Assembly (NCBI RefSeq): GCF_009914755.1
Contig: NC_060939.1
DNA length: 64,000 nt
From: the human T2T-CHM13v2.0 reference genome, Homo sapiens
Direction: 5' to 3' (one strand)
A model generated the notes under the pieces. The model was given only the letters and a program-made list of their open reading frames with translations. It was not told the DNA's origin and searched no databases. Both the position numbers and the translations under genes were made by a program. Below, piece after piece: positions 15,267-29,090 of this stretch. Each line of letters opens with the position of its first letter. The first letter of the stretch is position 1.

Positions 15267-16594
15267 GGAATGTGGTAAATGGCACCATTGGCAAGCAGAT
15301 GGTTGACACACTGGTAGAATCATCTACCAATGTAGAAATGATCTTGAAATTCTTTGACATGTTCTTGAAACTTAAAGACTTAACCAGCTCAGACACCTTC
15401 AAAGAATATGACCCAGATGGTAAAGGAATTATCTCCAAAAAAGAATTCCAGAAGGCCATGGAAGGGCAAAAACAGTACACGCAGTCAGAGATTGACTTTC
15501 TCCTGTCGTGTGCAGAAGCTGATGAGAATGACATGTTTAATTACGTTGATTTTGTAGACCGGTTCCATGAGCCAGCCAAGGACATAGGGTTTAATGTGGC
15601 TGTGTTATTGACAAATCTTTCTGAACACATGCCAAACGATTCCCGCCTGAAGTGTCTGTTGGACCCAGCAGAAAGTGTGCTAAATTACTTCGAACCCTAC
15701 CTAGGACGCATCGAGATCATGGGTGGGGCCAAGAAGATTGAGCGTGTTTATTTTGAGATCAGTGAATCCAGTCGCACTCAGTGGGAGAAGCCCCAGGTGA
15801 AGGAATCTAAGCGACAGTTCATTTTTGATGTTGTCAATGAAGGTGGGGAGCAGGAAAAGATGGAGCTGTTTGTGAACTTCTGTGAGGACACCATCTTTGA
15901 AATGCAGTTAGCATCTCAGATCTCTGAATCCGATTCAGCTGACAGGCCAGAAGAGGAGGAAGAAGATGAAGATTCTTCTTACGTGTTAGAAATTGCGGGT
16001 GAAGAGGAAGAAGACGGGTCTCTTGAGCCGGCCTCTGCATTTGCTATGGCCTGTGCCTCTGTGAAGAGGAATGTCACCGACTTCCTGAAGAGAGCAACCC
16101 TGAAGAACCTCAGGAAGCAGTACAGGAACGTGAAAAAGATGACTGCGAAGGAGCTGGTGAAGGTGCTCTTCTCCTTTTTCTGGATGCTGTTCGTGGGGCT
16201 ATTCCAGTTGCTCTTCACCATCCTGGGAGGAATCTTTCAGATCCTCTGGAGCACAGTGTTTGGAGGGGGCCTGGTAGAAGGGGCAAAGAACATCAGAGTG
16301 ACCAAGATCCTGGGTGACATGCCTGACCCAACCCAATTTGGTATCCATGATGACACTATGGAGGCTGAGAGGGCAGAGGTGATGGAGCCAGGTATCACCA
16401 CTGAACTAGTACACTTCATAAAGGGGGAGAAGGGAGATACAGATATCATGTCAGACCTCTTTGGACTCCACCCAAAGAAAGAGGGCAGCTTAAAGCATGG
16501 GCCTGAAGTGGGTTTGGGTGACCTCTCAGAAATTATTGGCAAGGATGAACCCCCTACATTAGAGAGTACTGTACAGAAGAAGAGGAAAGCTCAG
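15267..16594 (+). CDS. RYR3: RYR3 large exon (~89): EF-hand pair, U-motif/thumb-and-forefinger region, acidic divergent region D1
   Basis: ctcacag| ... CAG|gtaagt; 1328 nt; matches ORF 15272..16639; EF loop [15 protein letters not shown]. Confidence 0.97.
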
Positions 16595-18460
16595 GTAAGT
16601 GTCATTTGTTTCTTTCATCTTCCTTTATCCCCAGAATAAGACTTGCCACCATATCTTGTAATCAGTACTGACACCATTTCCCTAGGAGCCAACACTCTAT
16701 GTTAGACAGTGGCTGTGGTGTGATTACGCTGATCTTATAATTCCACCTCTGACATGTCTGCAGAAATCAAGACTTAGATGGTTATCTCAGTGCCTAGTCA
16801 TTGGTTGGTCGTCTAGTTTATATTGTAGAATTCAAACATGATGGCCTGTGACACTTTGCCTCAGACTTTTATTAGAAGGTTAGTTCTCATGCTGTGCAGA
16901 TGCATTCAGTGAACTGAAAGCACAGGAAACGAAGAATAACATAAAAGGAGACCTTCCTTCTGAGTCCGTGCTTTCTCAGTGTCATAAAAGGTCAAAATGA
17001 TCCTTATGATTTGGCCTCTCTATGAGTTTGATCATGCTTGGGACATTTTTATCCTTGTGATACACTCACTGTTCAGTTAGTACTTCATGTCAGTCAACAA
17101 GATTAAGTGAACAAGATAGCAGGAATTCAGAGCCCCTTGACCATGGAAGGTTCTGGGTGTTCCCCTCTCTTGTAGTATCCAATTCACAGTGTCATTCTAG
17201 CATCAAAGAGAGTAGAGAAGTGTGAAAAGATCCAAGCCCAAAAACATTCATTCATTCATTCCATTATTATTTATTGAAAAGTTATTGTGCTTTGTCACTG
17301 TTTTAGGCTCTGGGAATATGGTGCTGAATAAGAAACACACTGTCCCTACAGCTTAGTGGAGAATAAAGGCATTGGACAAGTCAAGACAAGTATAAAGAAT
17401 GCTAGGAAGGAGAAATGTCAGGTACTATAGTTCTCTGTAGGAGAGAACGCTGGTTCGAAGATTCAGGGAAGAAAACATCAGAATCAGCATTCCCACAATA
17501 TTCTGTTTTGCTCCCTGATGTAGCCCCAAAACCTAGAATACAGTTTGATACATAATAGGGTCCCATTCCAGGACTGCTATGTGCCAGCCTGTGTTCTAGG
17601 ATACAGGAATACATAGGTTCAAAGCAGAAAACAACATTTTTGCTCTCATGGATCTTAACTTCTAGTGGGAGAAGACAACAAATAAGATAATTATCATTTG
17701 TGCTGCGTGTTAGAACACATGAACATGCAGTGAGTTACAGAGTGAATGTAGGCCCAACAGAAATAGGTAGAGGAGGCTTCTGAAAAGGTGTCATCTGAGT
17801 CAAGTCCTGACGAGCAGCAGGCACGTGAAAAGCTGGGGCAGGCATACTCCAGGCAGAGGATATGGCTAAGTATCCTTTGGAATTACTCCTGGAATGATCG
17901 GGAATGTTCCAGGAAGTCTGCGTGTTTGGGTGTGGGACACGAGTCAAATGGTACAAGATGGGGATGAAGAGAAACACCGGGATCATGCAAGACTCATAGG
18001 CTGTGTTGAGGAGCTTGAATTTTACTCTAACTGCAGTGGTCCTCAGCCAGAGGGATTGGGATACTGGCAAGAGGATTAAAGACAAGGCAAGAAGAAGCCT
18101 GTCAGATGGAGGCAGGCTGATCAAACTTGGTTTGATCTGTGTCCCATGTCTTTCTGACCCTGTGGAGCAGTAGAACCACCGCCTTGAGGCTCTTACAATG
18201 TCCTAACACAAGTTTCCTCTTTGAATTGAGTAAGTTATAGAAGGGAGGTTGAGTTTTCAAGTTTCAAATCTTTGTCTTGGCATCTCTTCAGAGTCACTTG
18301 ACATATATAGCAGGACACTTATGTTCAGTGATCCTGAGAGAAGCAGAAACATGAAAAGCCATTGAAATTTGTGACCAAGAAGCAAATGGCCAAGAAAATG
18401 TCTCATCATCATGACCTCGCTTCTTTGAGGAAAGCTTGACTAATTGTTATTTTTGTCTAG

Positions 18461-18519
18461 GCAGCAGAAATGAAAGCAGCAAATGAAGCAGAAGGAAAAG
18501 TAGAATCCGAGAAGGCAGA
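18461..18519 (+). CDS. RYR3: RYR3 exon (~90), AAEMKAANEAEGKVESEKA(D)
   Basis: tttgtctag| ... GA|gtaagt; 59 nt; phases fit both neighbours. Confidence 0.9.
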
Positions 18520-18555
18520 GTAAGTTCTTGGTAGCATCAACTACTCTCATTGCTA

Positions 18556-18880
<325 letters not shown>

Positions 18881-19499
18881 AGATAGTTATTGATAGCATC
18901 TGATATTCTGTCGCTATAGTAAATAGAAAACTTGATATCTGTCAATGCAAGCAATTATTCTGCAAGCCCTGGGTATATTTCCTTTTACCCTAGCTATATA
19001 ATAAATACCTTATATTTATCATGCTAAGTTTATAATCCCACTAGCAGATCAGAGTTTCACTATCTGGCCAGATGACTTTGCAACTTCATATATTGATGAC
19101 AGTGATATCTAATGTTAAATACCTATTATGTGTCAGGCCTGTGCTCAGGTCTTTTATACAATATCTTATTAAATCTTGCCAGAAGTGTGGAAGAGTAGGT
19201 ACTATTGCTTAGAAAATAAAGGGTAACTTCAGAAGGGGAAAAAAATTGTTAAGTCTAATTTCAGAAGAAGAGTACAAACTTGTATATAGCTGATGTTCAC
19301 CAAGATCATGGCTCATCCTCATTGAATATAAATTTAATGTCCAGCCACTGTGGATTGATAAAGACCTGAAGTTTCCACCTTCAAGGAATGATTCTACCTC
19401 CCGGCCCTCTCAATCCAGATTTCTCTTTAATCTAGTCTCCCTTTTTGGGCCAGACCGCCCTCCCGTCTGCCCTGCTGAGTGGGTTTCCCATTTCTGCAG

Positions 19500-19671
19500 C
19501 ATGGAAGATGGAGAGAAGGAAGACAAAGACAAAGAAGAGGAGCAAGCTGAGTACCTGTGGACAGAAGTGACAAAAAAGAAGAAGCGGCGGTGTGGTCAGA
19601 AGGTTGAGAAGCCGGAAGCTTTCACAGCCAATTTCTTTAAAGGGCTGGAAATCTATCAGACCAAGTTACTG
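19500..19671 (+). CDS. RYR3: RYR3 exon (~91), (D)MEDGEKEDKD...LEIYQTKLL
   Basis: tttctgcag| ... CTG|gtaagc; 172 nt. Confidence 0.94.
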
Positions 19672-20673
19672 GTAAGCATTCCAACCTTGGCCCTGTTCAT
19701 GGTGCAGGGATTGGCCCAGGCAGATGGCAGAGAGGTGCCGCTGATTTGTTTCACTGTTTGGTCAGTTACACTTCCTCCCCTTTCTCATTCCTAAACTTTC
19801 TTCTTCCCATGTGTCTACCTGTTCCTTTTCTGTTGGAGGAAAAGAAAAGGGGGAGAGCCTGGAAAGAACCACAGTCCTCCAGCAGCTCTGCTATCAGCAG
19901 GGTGTCCTCTCTCACCTGTTTCCTTACCAGGAGAGCAGGAACACCTCTTTCTACCCAGTCCTTTATGTGTATTATGTGGGGACTTAGCCAATCCTGGTCC
20001 AAAAGTTCAGAAGTGTTTTGATCACGTGGGAATCAGAAAGAATGTTCCTCTTATGTTAGCTTCCCACACTAGTCCTCCAAACCTTGATTGTTCTATATGC
20101 AATCAAAGCTTAGAACAGCTTGTAATATTCTTTCTCTGATACATTGCCCTCTGAGGTACAGTGGCTGAAGGCCAGGACCACACCTTCCCTAGCACCATTA
20201 GTGAGGGCTCCCCACAGAGAGATTGGGAACGTTACCCAGGCAGCTTCCACTCCAGTCTGTGGATGCTGATTTTTCTGGGGAAGATGGCAGCAAGAATGGG
20301 AATGCTTTTCCCAACAAGGGAGAAGAAGAGGCTCCTGGAACTGTAACTTGGAAAGGAATGAGGACTGAGGCCACAGAATGGCTACATCCAGGTTGGGAGT
20401 TGCCAGGGTCTTCTGCGAGCCTAGACCACTTACAGTTTCCTAATAGACTGCTTGCTGCGTGGAGTGATCACGAAAATGCAGTCACACAGCACTTCAAGGC
20501 AAGGCTCGAGTCCTCTGCTGGTGGCGTGTTTAGGCCTTTGGCTCCCTGAGCAATAAAGCCAGAGCAGGATTCTTTATACCAATTCTAAGCAATTTTTTTT
20601 TAAATCAACATTTTGGTTCCATGTTCATGACACGACACAGTCATGCCATGGCTGTGTTAAGAATGCCAGGGTT

Positions 20674-21021
<348 letters not shown>

Positions 21022-21123
21022 TCAAGTGTGAACTTCTAACCAGAACTGACCTTCTGTGTGAAAGTAGGAAGTTCTCTTTTCCTTCCAAAGCTCTTCTACT
21101 TCTGCCTGTCCTTTTCTTTGCAG

Positions 21124-21210
21124 CATTACCTGGCCAGGAATTTCTACAACCTGAGGTTCCTTGCTCTGTTTGTAGCCTTCGCTATCAACTTCATCCTGCT
21201 TTTTTATAAG
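21124..21210 (+). CDS. RYR3: RYR3 87-nt exon (~92), transmembrane S1, [29 protein letters not shown]
   Basis: ctttgcag| ... AAG|gtgata; 29 codons; phase 0-0. Confidence 0.96.
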
Positions 21211-22497
21211 GTGATACTTCATTCAGGGGTTATTTGCTAAATATGCTGTATACTAAGTATACTATGTGTAGAAAAAGAATCATGACAGAATTTGTGCTCT
21301 TAATTGTAGCAAACATTCTAATAGGTAGCAAATTTCTAAGACATTGGCTTCTAAAAGGAATACAATTTCTAGCAGTGGAGAGACTACTGACAAGAGAGCC
21401 AGTGAGGGGACTATTTCAATAGTTCATGCTTATTTTAGTCGTTGCTTAGTCTTCAAATACTTGCTGAGCATCTACCATGAGCTAGACCCTATATTAGGAA
21501 CAACAAGGTATTTCAAAATGAGTAATAAATAAAATTCTTTCTTCAAGGAATAAGGTAACCAAGAGCCATTATAGTTGGCCTATTTGTTAGAAGCGTTATA
21601 AAGGAAAAATTAACAGGATTTGGAAAGAGAGGGGACTGCTCAAGTTAAATGAAGGTTTTGAACATTGGCAAGTGGGTCTTGCATGCTGTAGGCATGTAAT
21701 AATTGTTAGTGCAGTGAATTAATGAAGGGTCCTGAATTCTCGACATAGTCTTTAACTGGTTTTTCTATCTCTTGCCTATCTCCCTTTCTACTTAAAACCA
21801 CCAATCTAATTTGTATGAAACATTGTTTTATCCACCTCAACTTTCCACTCGACAAACTAATGACCTTCTGTTGCCCATAAAAGAAAAATGGAAGTCCATA
21901 GCCAAGAGAGGCAAAGCTTGGTTTTAAACACATTGAGGTTGAAGTGACTTCAGACAGCCATCCAAGAAGAGAAAGCCAGCAAGCAGTTGGAGCTACAGGA
22001 CAAAGCCTCAAAGTTGTAGATTTGAGAGTCATCTGTATAAGAATAGCGGCTGAAGCCATGAATGTAAATGGCATCTCAGAAAGAATGGAAAATACTGAGT
22101 CTCTGGCTGGGTGGCAGTGGTGGGTGGGGGAGCGGGCACACACATCCTTCACGCTTGTGTGTGTGTCTTTGCCTCCTCTCAGGCCACAGCATGATCAGAG
22201 ATTCCCTTCTGTGGCATAAGGATTATAAGCATATGTAGTAAAAGTTGCCTAATTTTAATTTTTTTGCTTTCTTCTCAAGAGATAGGTTTTGTCTCCTTTT
22301 TAAAAGTTTGTTTGCAATTATTAGAGATACTGGGTGATTCCTAGTAATAAGTCACCTAAAAACCTCATTCATTCAGCAAGTAATGTTGAGTCACTACTAT
22401 TTGTACAGCACATGCTAACAATATAAAATATGTGGGGAGAGCCCAATGGCTGAGGTTCTTTTTGATGTTTAATAAGCGAGTGTGTATTTTGAGCCAG

Positions 22498-22698
22498 GTC
22501 ACTGAAGAACCTTTAGAAGAAGAGACAGAGGATGTTGCAAACCTATGGAATTCCTTTAATGACGAGGAAGAGGAAGAAGCGATGGTATTCTTTGTCCTTC
22601 AGGAGAGCACCGGGTATATGGCACCAACCCTGCGTGCCCTGGCCATCATCCATACCATCATCTCTCTAGTCTGTGTGGTGGGCTACTACTGCCTGAAG
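22498..22698 (+). CDS. RYR3: RYR3 exon (~93), luminal S1-S2 loop and S2 (VTEEPLEE...VVGYYCLK)
   Basis: gagccag| ... AAG|gtgagc; 201 nt; phase 0-0. Confidence 0.95.
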
Positions 22699-22853
22699 GT
22701 GAGCTGTTTGCCACTCTGGATCTAATGTCACTCCTTGAGGAAGAAATGTCCTTTTTGAGCCCAGCCAGCCCTTTGCTCTAAGACTTTGCTAGCCGTAAAG
22801 GCCTTCGTAAGGTCCGTAGAGCAGCAGCAGCACATCACTTGGGAGCTGCCTAG

Positions 22854-23189
<336 letters not shown>

Positions 23190-23454
23190 CCTAAGTCCTT
23201 TAACTCAGAATCTACCACTTAGCATGATCACTGGGCAATCTGTACGCACTTTCAAGTTTGAGAAGCCTTGAGCTAGGAGTCCCATTTCAGGTACCTCTTG
23301 TTGAATTTCATAGAACTAGAGTCATCAGGCTAAAGTCACATGGAGAGCTAGTCATGACAGAATCTTCTGATCTTTGAATTGATGTCAAAATTTTTATAAA
23401 AATACCTTTTCATTAGGTGGTAACCACTCAAGATCTCAGAAGAAAGCTTACTGA

Positions 23455-24040
23455 TGTGTTAGTTTTCAGTTATCCATTGCTGCATAACAAACCACTCTAA
23501 AACTCAGTGGTCTAAAATGACAACTATTTATCTCTGTGATTCTGTGAGATGACTGGCACATTTGGGCAGTTCCTCTGTTCTATGTAAAGGCGCTACATTT
23601 GCAGCCATCTGCGAGCTCAGCTGGGCTGGAATGGCCAAGATGGCACATTCCCATGCCTGGCAGCTCCACAGGGGGACAACTGGAAGGATGGGCTCAGCTG
23701 GGGTAGCTGGGCCTCTCTCTGTCTCCCTCTTTCTCTCCAGGGAGATTCAGAGCATCTCCTTCTCCACGTGGCCTTTCCACATGATCTGTCCGGTAGGGTA
23801 GCTAGACTTCTTGCATGATGGCTTGGGTTTCCAAAAAGAGCATGGAGGTGGAAGCTGCTAAGCCTTCCTAGGTCTTAGGCCCAGAACTGGTACAGTGTCA
23901 TTTCCATTGCATTCTGTGGTTTAAGGCAAGTCACATGGCCATCCCAGATGCACTGCTGCATGGTAGAGGGGAGAGGCACTACACAAAGGCATGAATTCCA
24001 GGAGGCGTGGTTCCTTGGGGCCATATTCACAACCACTACA
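23455..24040 (-). mobile_element. MLT1-type MaLR LTR
   Basis: attgctgcataacaaaccactctaaaactcagtgg ... gcaagtcacatggcca motifs. Confidence 0.75.
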
Positions 24041-25926
24041 GTTATGTCAATCTTCTGTCATTCAATTTTTGGTGTCCCAAGTCCAGATCTAGTTCTGCTA
24101 CATCATAATTGTGTTTTTCTCACTGCTTTTCTCATTACATTTTTTTCTTCCTTCTCTTGAGTAGGAAGTCTCCTTAAGTACAGCAAGCCATCTTCTTCCC
24201 AGGAAGAGTCCAGGAAATACTTTCCTATATTGTGGTCCTTTCTTCCCTCAGTGAACTATTGTGTCATGTAGGAAGTCCAGCTACTGTGCTGCAGAGACCT
24301 TATGCCCTGGGCTACACTAAGGACTCTATTGCAACTATGAAAGTGCAAATTCTGGAGCCAAGCTGCCTGGGTTGAACTCACAGCTCTGCCACTTAAACTC
24401 CCAGTCCTCTATCTTCTCATACATAAAAATGAGTACTGTTGCTAAAGTTGCTGGGGGGATTAAATGTAGAGGTATGTGTAAATGTACTCAGAACACATAG
24501 TAAACCCTCAAGCATGTTCGCTGCTGCTCCTTAGTTTGAGATCCTAGAGTTCAGCTTATTAGATGGAGTACAGATTATACTGTGACCAGGAGAAACAAAA
24601 AAGAAACACTATTTAGCAAGTAAAGAATGTGGAAGTTCTGTTTACGAGAGTATACAAACTTCTAGGAGACTGAAGGGGAATGCTTGGAATCCCAGAGATG
24701 AGCACCGCTCTACAACTTGATATTACGACTGTTCTCTAGAGTCATCCAAAACACGGCAGGCATTAGTCGCTGAGCTTTGCCTCACCTCCCACATCATCTG
24801 TGTACTAACAGTCATCATCAGTTCCTCACAGTGTGCAGTGGCTACTAGCCTTTGCCACCTTCCTATCGTGAGTTTTTCATTTTATCAGTGTTATTTCATT
24901 GTTTTAAAGAAAAACAGGGCAAGAGGTAACTCTTTACAAATCACTGTCTGAATTTTGTTCTTTTGTTTTGGACAAAAGCGATGTGGGGTACATGCATATC
25001 ATGGGTTTGGAGACAAAGGTCTCAAGGATGTTGCCAAGTAGCCAGTGGCATCTCAGCTGGAGATGAGATGAGACGCCCTAGCTCTGTCTGAATTAAGCTT
25101 TTCTGGCTAGAGGAGCTGCGTCAATTGTGACTTCTCATTTCCTGGGATTTCAGCAGTATCCTCTGGCCTCATTAACTGTCCCATGTTTGGAGTGTGTGTG
25201 CACTTAGTGATGGTTGGGGCAAGTGGATTATTTTCCAATCCCTTTCTGTGTTCCCCTTTGGCAGTAGGTCCTTAGAGCCATACCACTATATCTAGTCTAA
25301 AATAAAAGTTCCAATTATAAAAGAATAGAGAGTGATAGTAGGAAACAAGTATGCCACTACCTGGAAGGAGCTCTTTACGGACAGAATCTCAGGAAGAAAA
25401 CTTCATACAGAAAGACTGAATCTTCTCATTCTAACTATGAGACCATGTTTCATTAACTGACCTTCAACGCCATGAGATAAATATGGCCCTGTACATTGAA
25501 GGGAGTTGGAACATTTCATCATATTCCTGTGGCTGGCCGATCTATTCTAGAATGGTTTATTGTCCTTTCTAAATCTTGGTTCAACTCCAGCCGAGGAGCC
25601 TTAGGAGTCCTAACTCATTCAACCCTGGGGCTCATCTAGGCGTGGCCTGCACACTAGCATGGGTCAAGGAGTCTAGTTTGTATTAATATTAGCCATCTAA
25701 CTGAAAACTTAAAGGGTGACCCAAATCAGATCAGCTTTAAAGAGGTAGGTAGGTATTTAGCCAAAGAGATTCATTTGGCTTTGATCCCACAACTAGGCAC
25801 TCTAAGAATTCCACTATAAGGAGATTGCTGCTCTGAAGTTGGAAGGTTAATTTGTGACAAATACCTGGGAGCAGGAGCTTTAATCACAAAGCCTGCTCTG
25901 AGTAACCATCCTCCTCCCACTCCTAG

Positions 25927-26057
25927 GTGCCTTTGGTGGTTTTCAAAAGGGAAAAAGAAATCGCCAGGAAGCTGGAGTTTGATGGCCTATATATCACCGA
26001 ACAGCCATCTGAAGATGACATCAAGGGGCAGTGGGACCGCTTGGTGATCAACACACC
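25927..26057 (+). CDS. RYR3: RYR3 exon (~94), [43 protein letters not shown](P)
   Basis: ctcctag| ... CC|gtgagt; 131 nt; translated by hand. Confidence 0.96.
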
Positions 26058-26366
26058 GTGAGTGTCCCTCTACCCCAACCTAAAAAGGAGATGGAGTCTC
26101 TACTGTAAATAGAGTAACTCTTTCCTCCTGGCCTTAAAACTGGTTAATATAAACTGTCTTTTGATTTCTGGGACTTTTCTCCCTTGCCTCTTCAATAAAG
26201 CCACTTACTGCCCATCAAATACTTGAATAGACTTCTATTAGTTTAATGGGGACAGAAGATATTATCAGAAAGTACTGAATATATTTGATTTAGACCAGAC
26301 AGTCCAGTACAATATTGCTTAAACTAGTTTTCCATGTTCGAGTCACACAGTGTTTCCAGGGCTTAA

Positions 26367-26771
<405 letters not shown>

Positions 26772-27734
26772 TGAAGTCCTCCTCTTAACCAAATAGCCTG
26801 CTTGGTAAGAGACCTCGTCTTAACGTAAGATTGAGAGGCAATTACATGGGCAGGTAAATAGAGCCGTCTGGTAGGGATATGAAGACCTGTGGAGGCAAGC
26901 CTGCCTTCCTGTAGGCATGTGGCACTGTGGTGGGAAGAAGGAAGAGCACTGATTGACAGGCAGGTGACACCAAGGCTCTGACGCTTACTGGTCTGTGAAC
27001 TTGCACAAGGTAATCAAGCCTTCTCAGCCTTAGTTTCCTCATCAGTAATAGAAGGATGAGAATATCATCCTGCAGAGGATTAATGAATGTATGTGTCAAA
27101 TGCTTGGCAAATGCCTGGCACGTGGTAGGCATTAAGCTGTTACTCATTCTCTTTTCTTTCCTGTAACTATCCAAAAAGTGGCCATCACCATTAGCAAATG
27201 TCACACTCTAATGACAGTTGATTCACAAGTAAGTGACAGTTTCAAGATAAATTAATGTGGCAAAAGAAAAGAAATAGGGCCAAATAGTAAACAAAGGTGA
27301 CTGTGTTGAAACTCTTAGGTGTGCCAATTAAGATAGGCATGTTAAGAAACAGCAACCCTGACTCCAGGGGAAGAAAGCTGTGTCCTATCCAAAGATGATC
27401 AGGCAAACTGAGAAGCAGCTCTGCAAAGGTACAACTAAGGATATTTATTTCTTTATATTCTCCAGAAAAGGAAGCCTCTTCCCTTAGAAGGGGGAAAATG
27501 TGAACAGGCACATCCTCACATCCTAAGTCTGTCCCTGCCTGCGGGTCCCCTGCCAATCTTCTCACACAAGGAAAAGCACTGTTTCTGATGCTTTGTCATT
27601 ACATTACAGAAGTCTTAGACACTATTGAATAGTTTAATCCTTTGGTAAGCTTTGTGCAATCATCAGTAATGCCTGCGTCTTGTTATACAGGGGCATGTGG
27701 CCTAAAAGTCCCAGTAAGAAGGCAGTTCAATTTC

Positions 27735-28029
27735 GGCCAGGCACAATGGTTCATGCCTGTAATCCCAGCGCTTTGGGAGGCCGAGGCGGGTGGTTCATGA
27801 GGTCAGGAGTTCGAGACCAGCCTGGCCAACATAGTGAAACCCCGTCTCTACTAAAAATACAAAAAAATTAGCTGAGCGTGGTGGTGGGCGCCTGTAATCC
27901 CAGCTACTTGGGAGTCTGAGGCAAGGAGAATCACTTGAACCTGGGAGGCGGAGGTTGCAGTGAGCTGAGATCACACCACTGCGCTCCAGCCTGGGCGACA
28001 GAGCGAGACTTCATCTCAAAAAAAAAAAA
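27735..28029 (+). mobile_element. AluS
   Basis: Perfect TSD aagaaggcagttcaatttc. Confidence 0.93.
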
Positions 28030-28289
28030 GAAGGCAGTTCAATTTCTAGCAATGTATCCTAAGGAGATAATGAGACAAGTACACTAAAATGTCCTAACAA
28101 AGGTATTTCCCAATATTTTTTACTTAGAGTGGCTTAAACGTCCATGAGTAGGAAATGCATAAATAAATAGCTATTTTTTAAAATGTTAGATAGACCAATG
28201 TTTAATTTTTTTTCACAATGGCATCATAGTACATGTTCATGTTTTGTAACGTGCTTTTTTTCAGTTAACTGTATGTCATGGGAGCTTTC

Positions 28290-29090
28290 TTTTTAAACAT
28301 TTTACTTTTATATTGTTAAGCACACATAAGAACATATAAAATGTATATGTACATTTTACAGTATAATTATAAACCAAAAAGGTTAAAAAAATAGAACATT
28401 ACTGAGAGCTTAAAAATCCCCTGTATTATCCTCCCTGATTATATCTTCCCAACCCACAGCTATCTACATTTTTGATGTTCATTAGTGGTTAGTAATATTA
28501 ATTCTTAAATAATTAGCAATCAGTGATATTAGTGATATTCATTCTCCTGCCTTATAGTTTTCCCACTTAGGTATTTGTCCCTAAATATATTTTGACTATT
28601 TTGACTATTTGGAACTTAATATAAGTGGAATTATACTATATACATTATACTGTCACTTGAATTTTTTTTAGCATTGTTTGGGAACTCACCTATGTTGATG
28701 TATATAGCTATAGTTTGTTCATTTTCAAAGCTGTAGCATTTTCCATTATGTATATTATCACATTGATCAATTTTCCTGACAGTAGATATTTCAACTTGTT
28801 TTCTAAAGTTTCTGGCTTTTATAAACAGTGCTACAGTGAACATTCTTATACCTGATACACAAGTTGAAGGATTTCTCTAGAGTATAGACCCAGGAGAGAA
28901 ATTTGCTGAATAGTAGGATATGCAAAATGTTTGTCCCAATTTATGCTCCAAACAGTACTATATTCGAGTTTCTTCTTCTCTGCTTATTTGCTGGCACTTA
29001 TTGCTGGCAGATAATTTTGCTGATCTAGTAGGTGTATAGTGGCACCTCATTGTATGTTTCCCTGATTACTAAATGGGTTAAGCATCTTGT
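28290..29090 (-). mobile_element. Old L1M 3' fragment
   Basis: Minus ORF MFTVALFIKARN resembles the L1 ORF2 end; AT-rich L1 3'UTR. Confidence 0.7.

Noticed and set aside
15226-16542. Minus-strand ORFs over the large RYR3 exon
   Set aside because: Antisense shadows of the coding frame.
18458-18467. Tandem acceptors tag-G-CAG-CAG
   Set aside because: The alternative AGs shift by 4 and 7 nt and would frameshift; not an in-frame NAGNAG.
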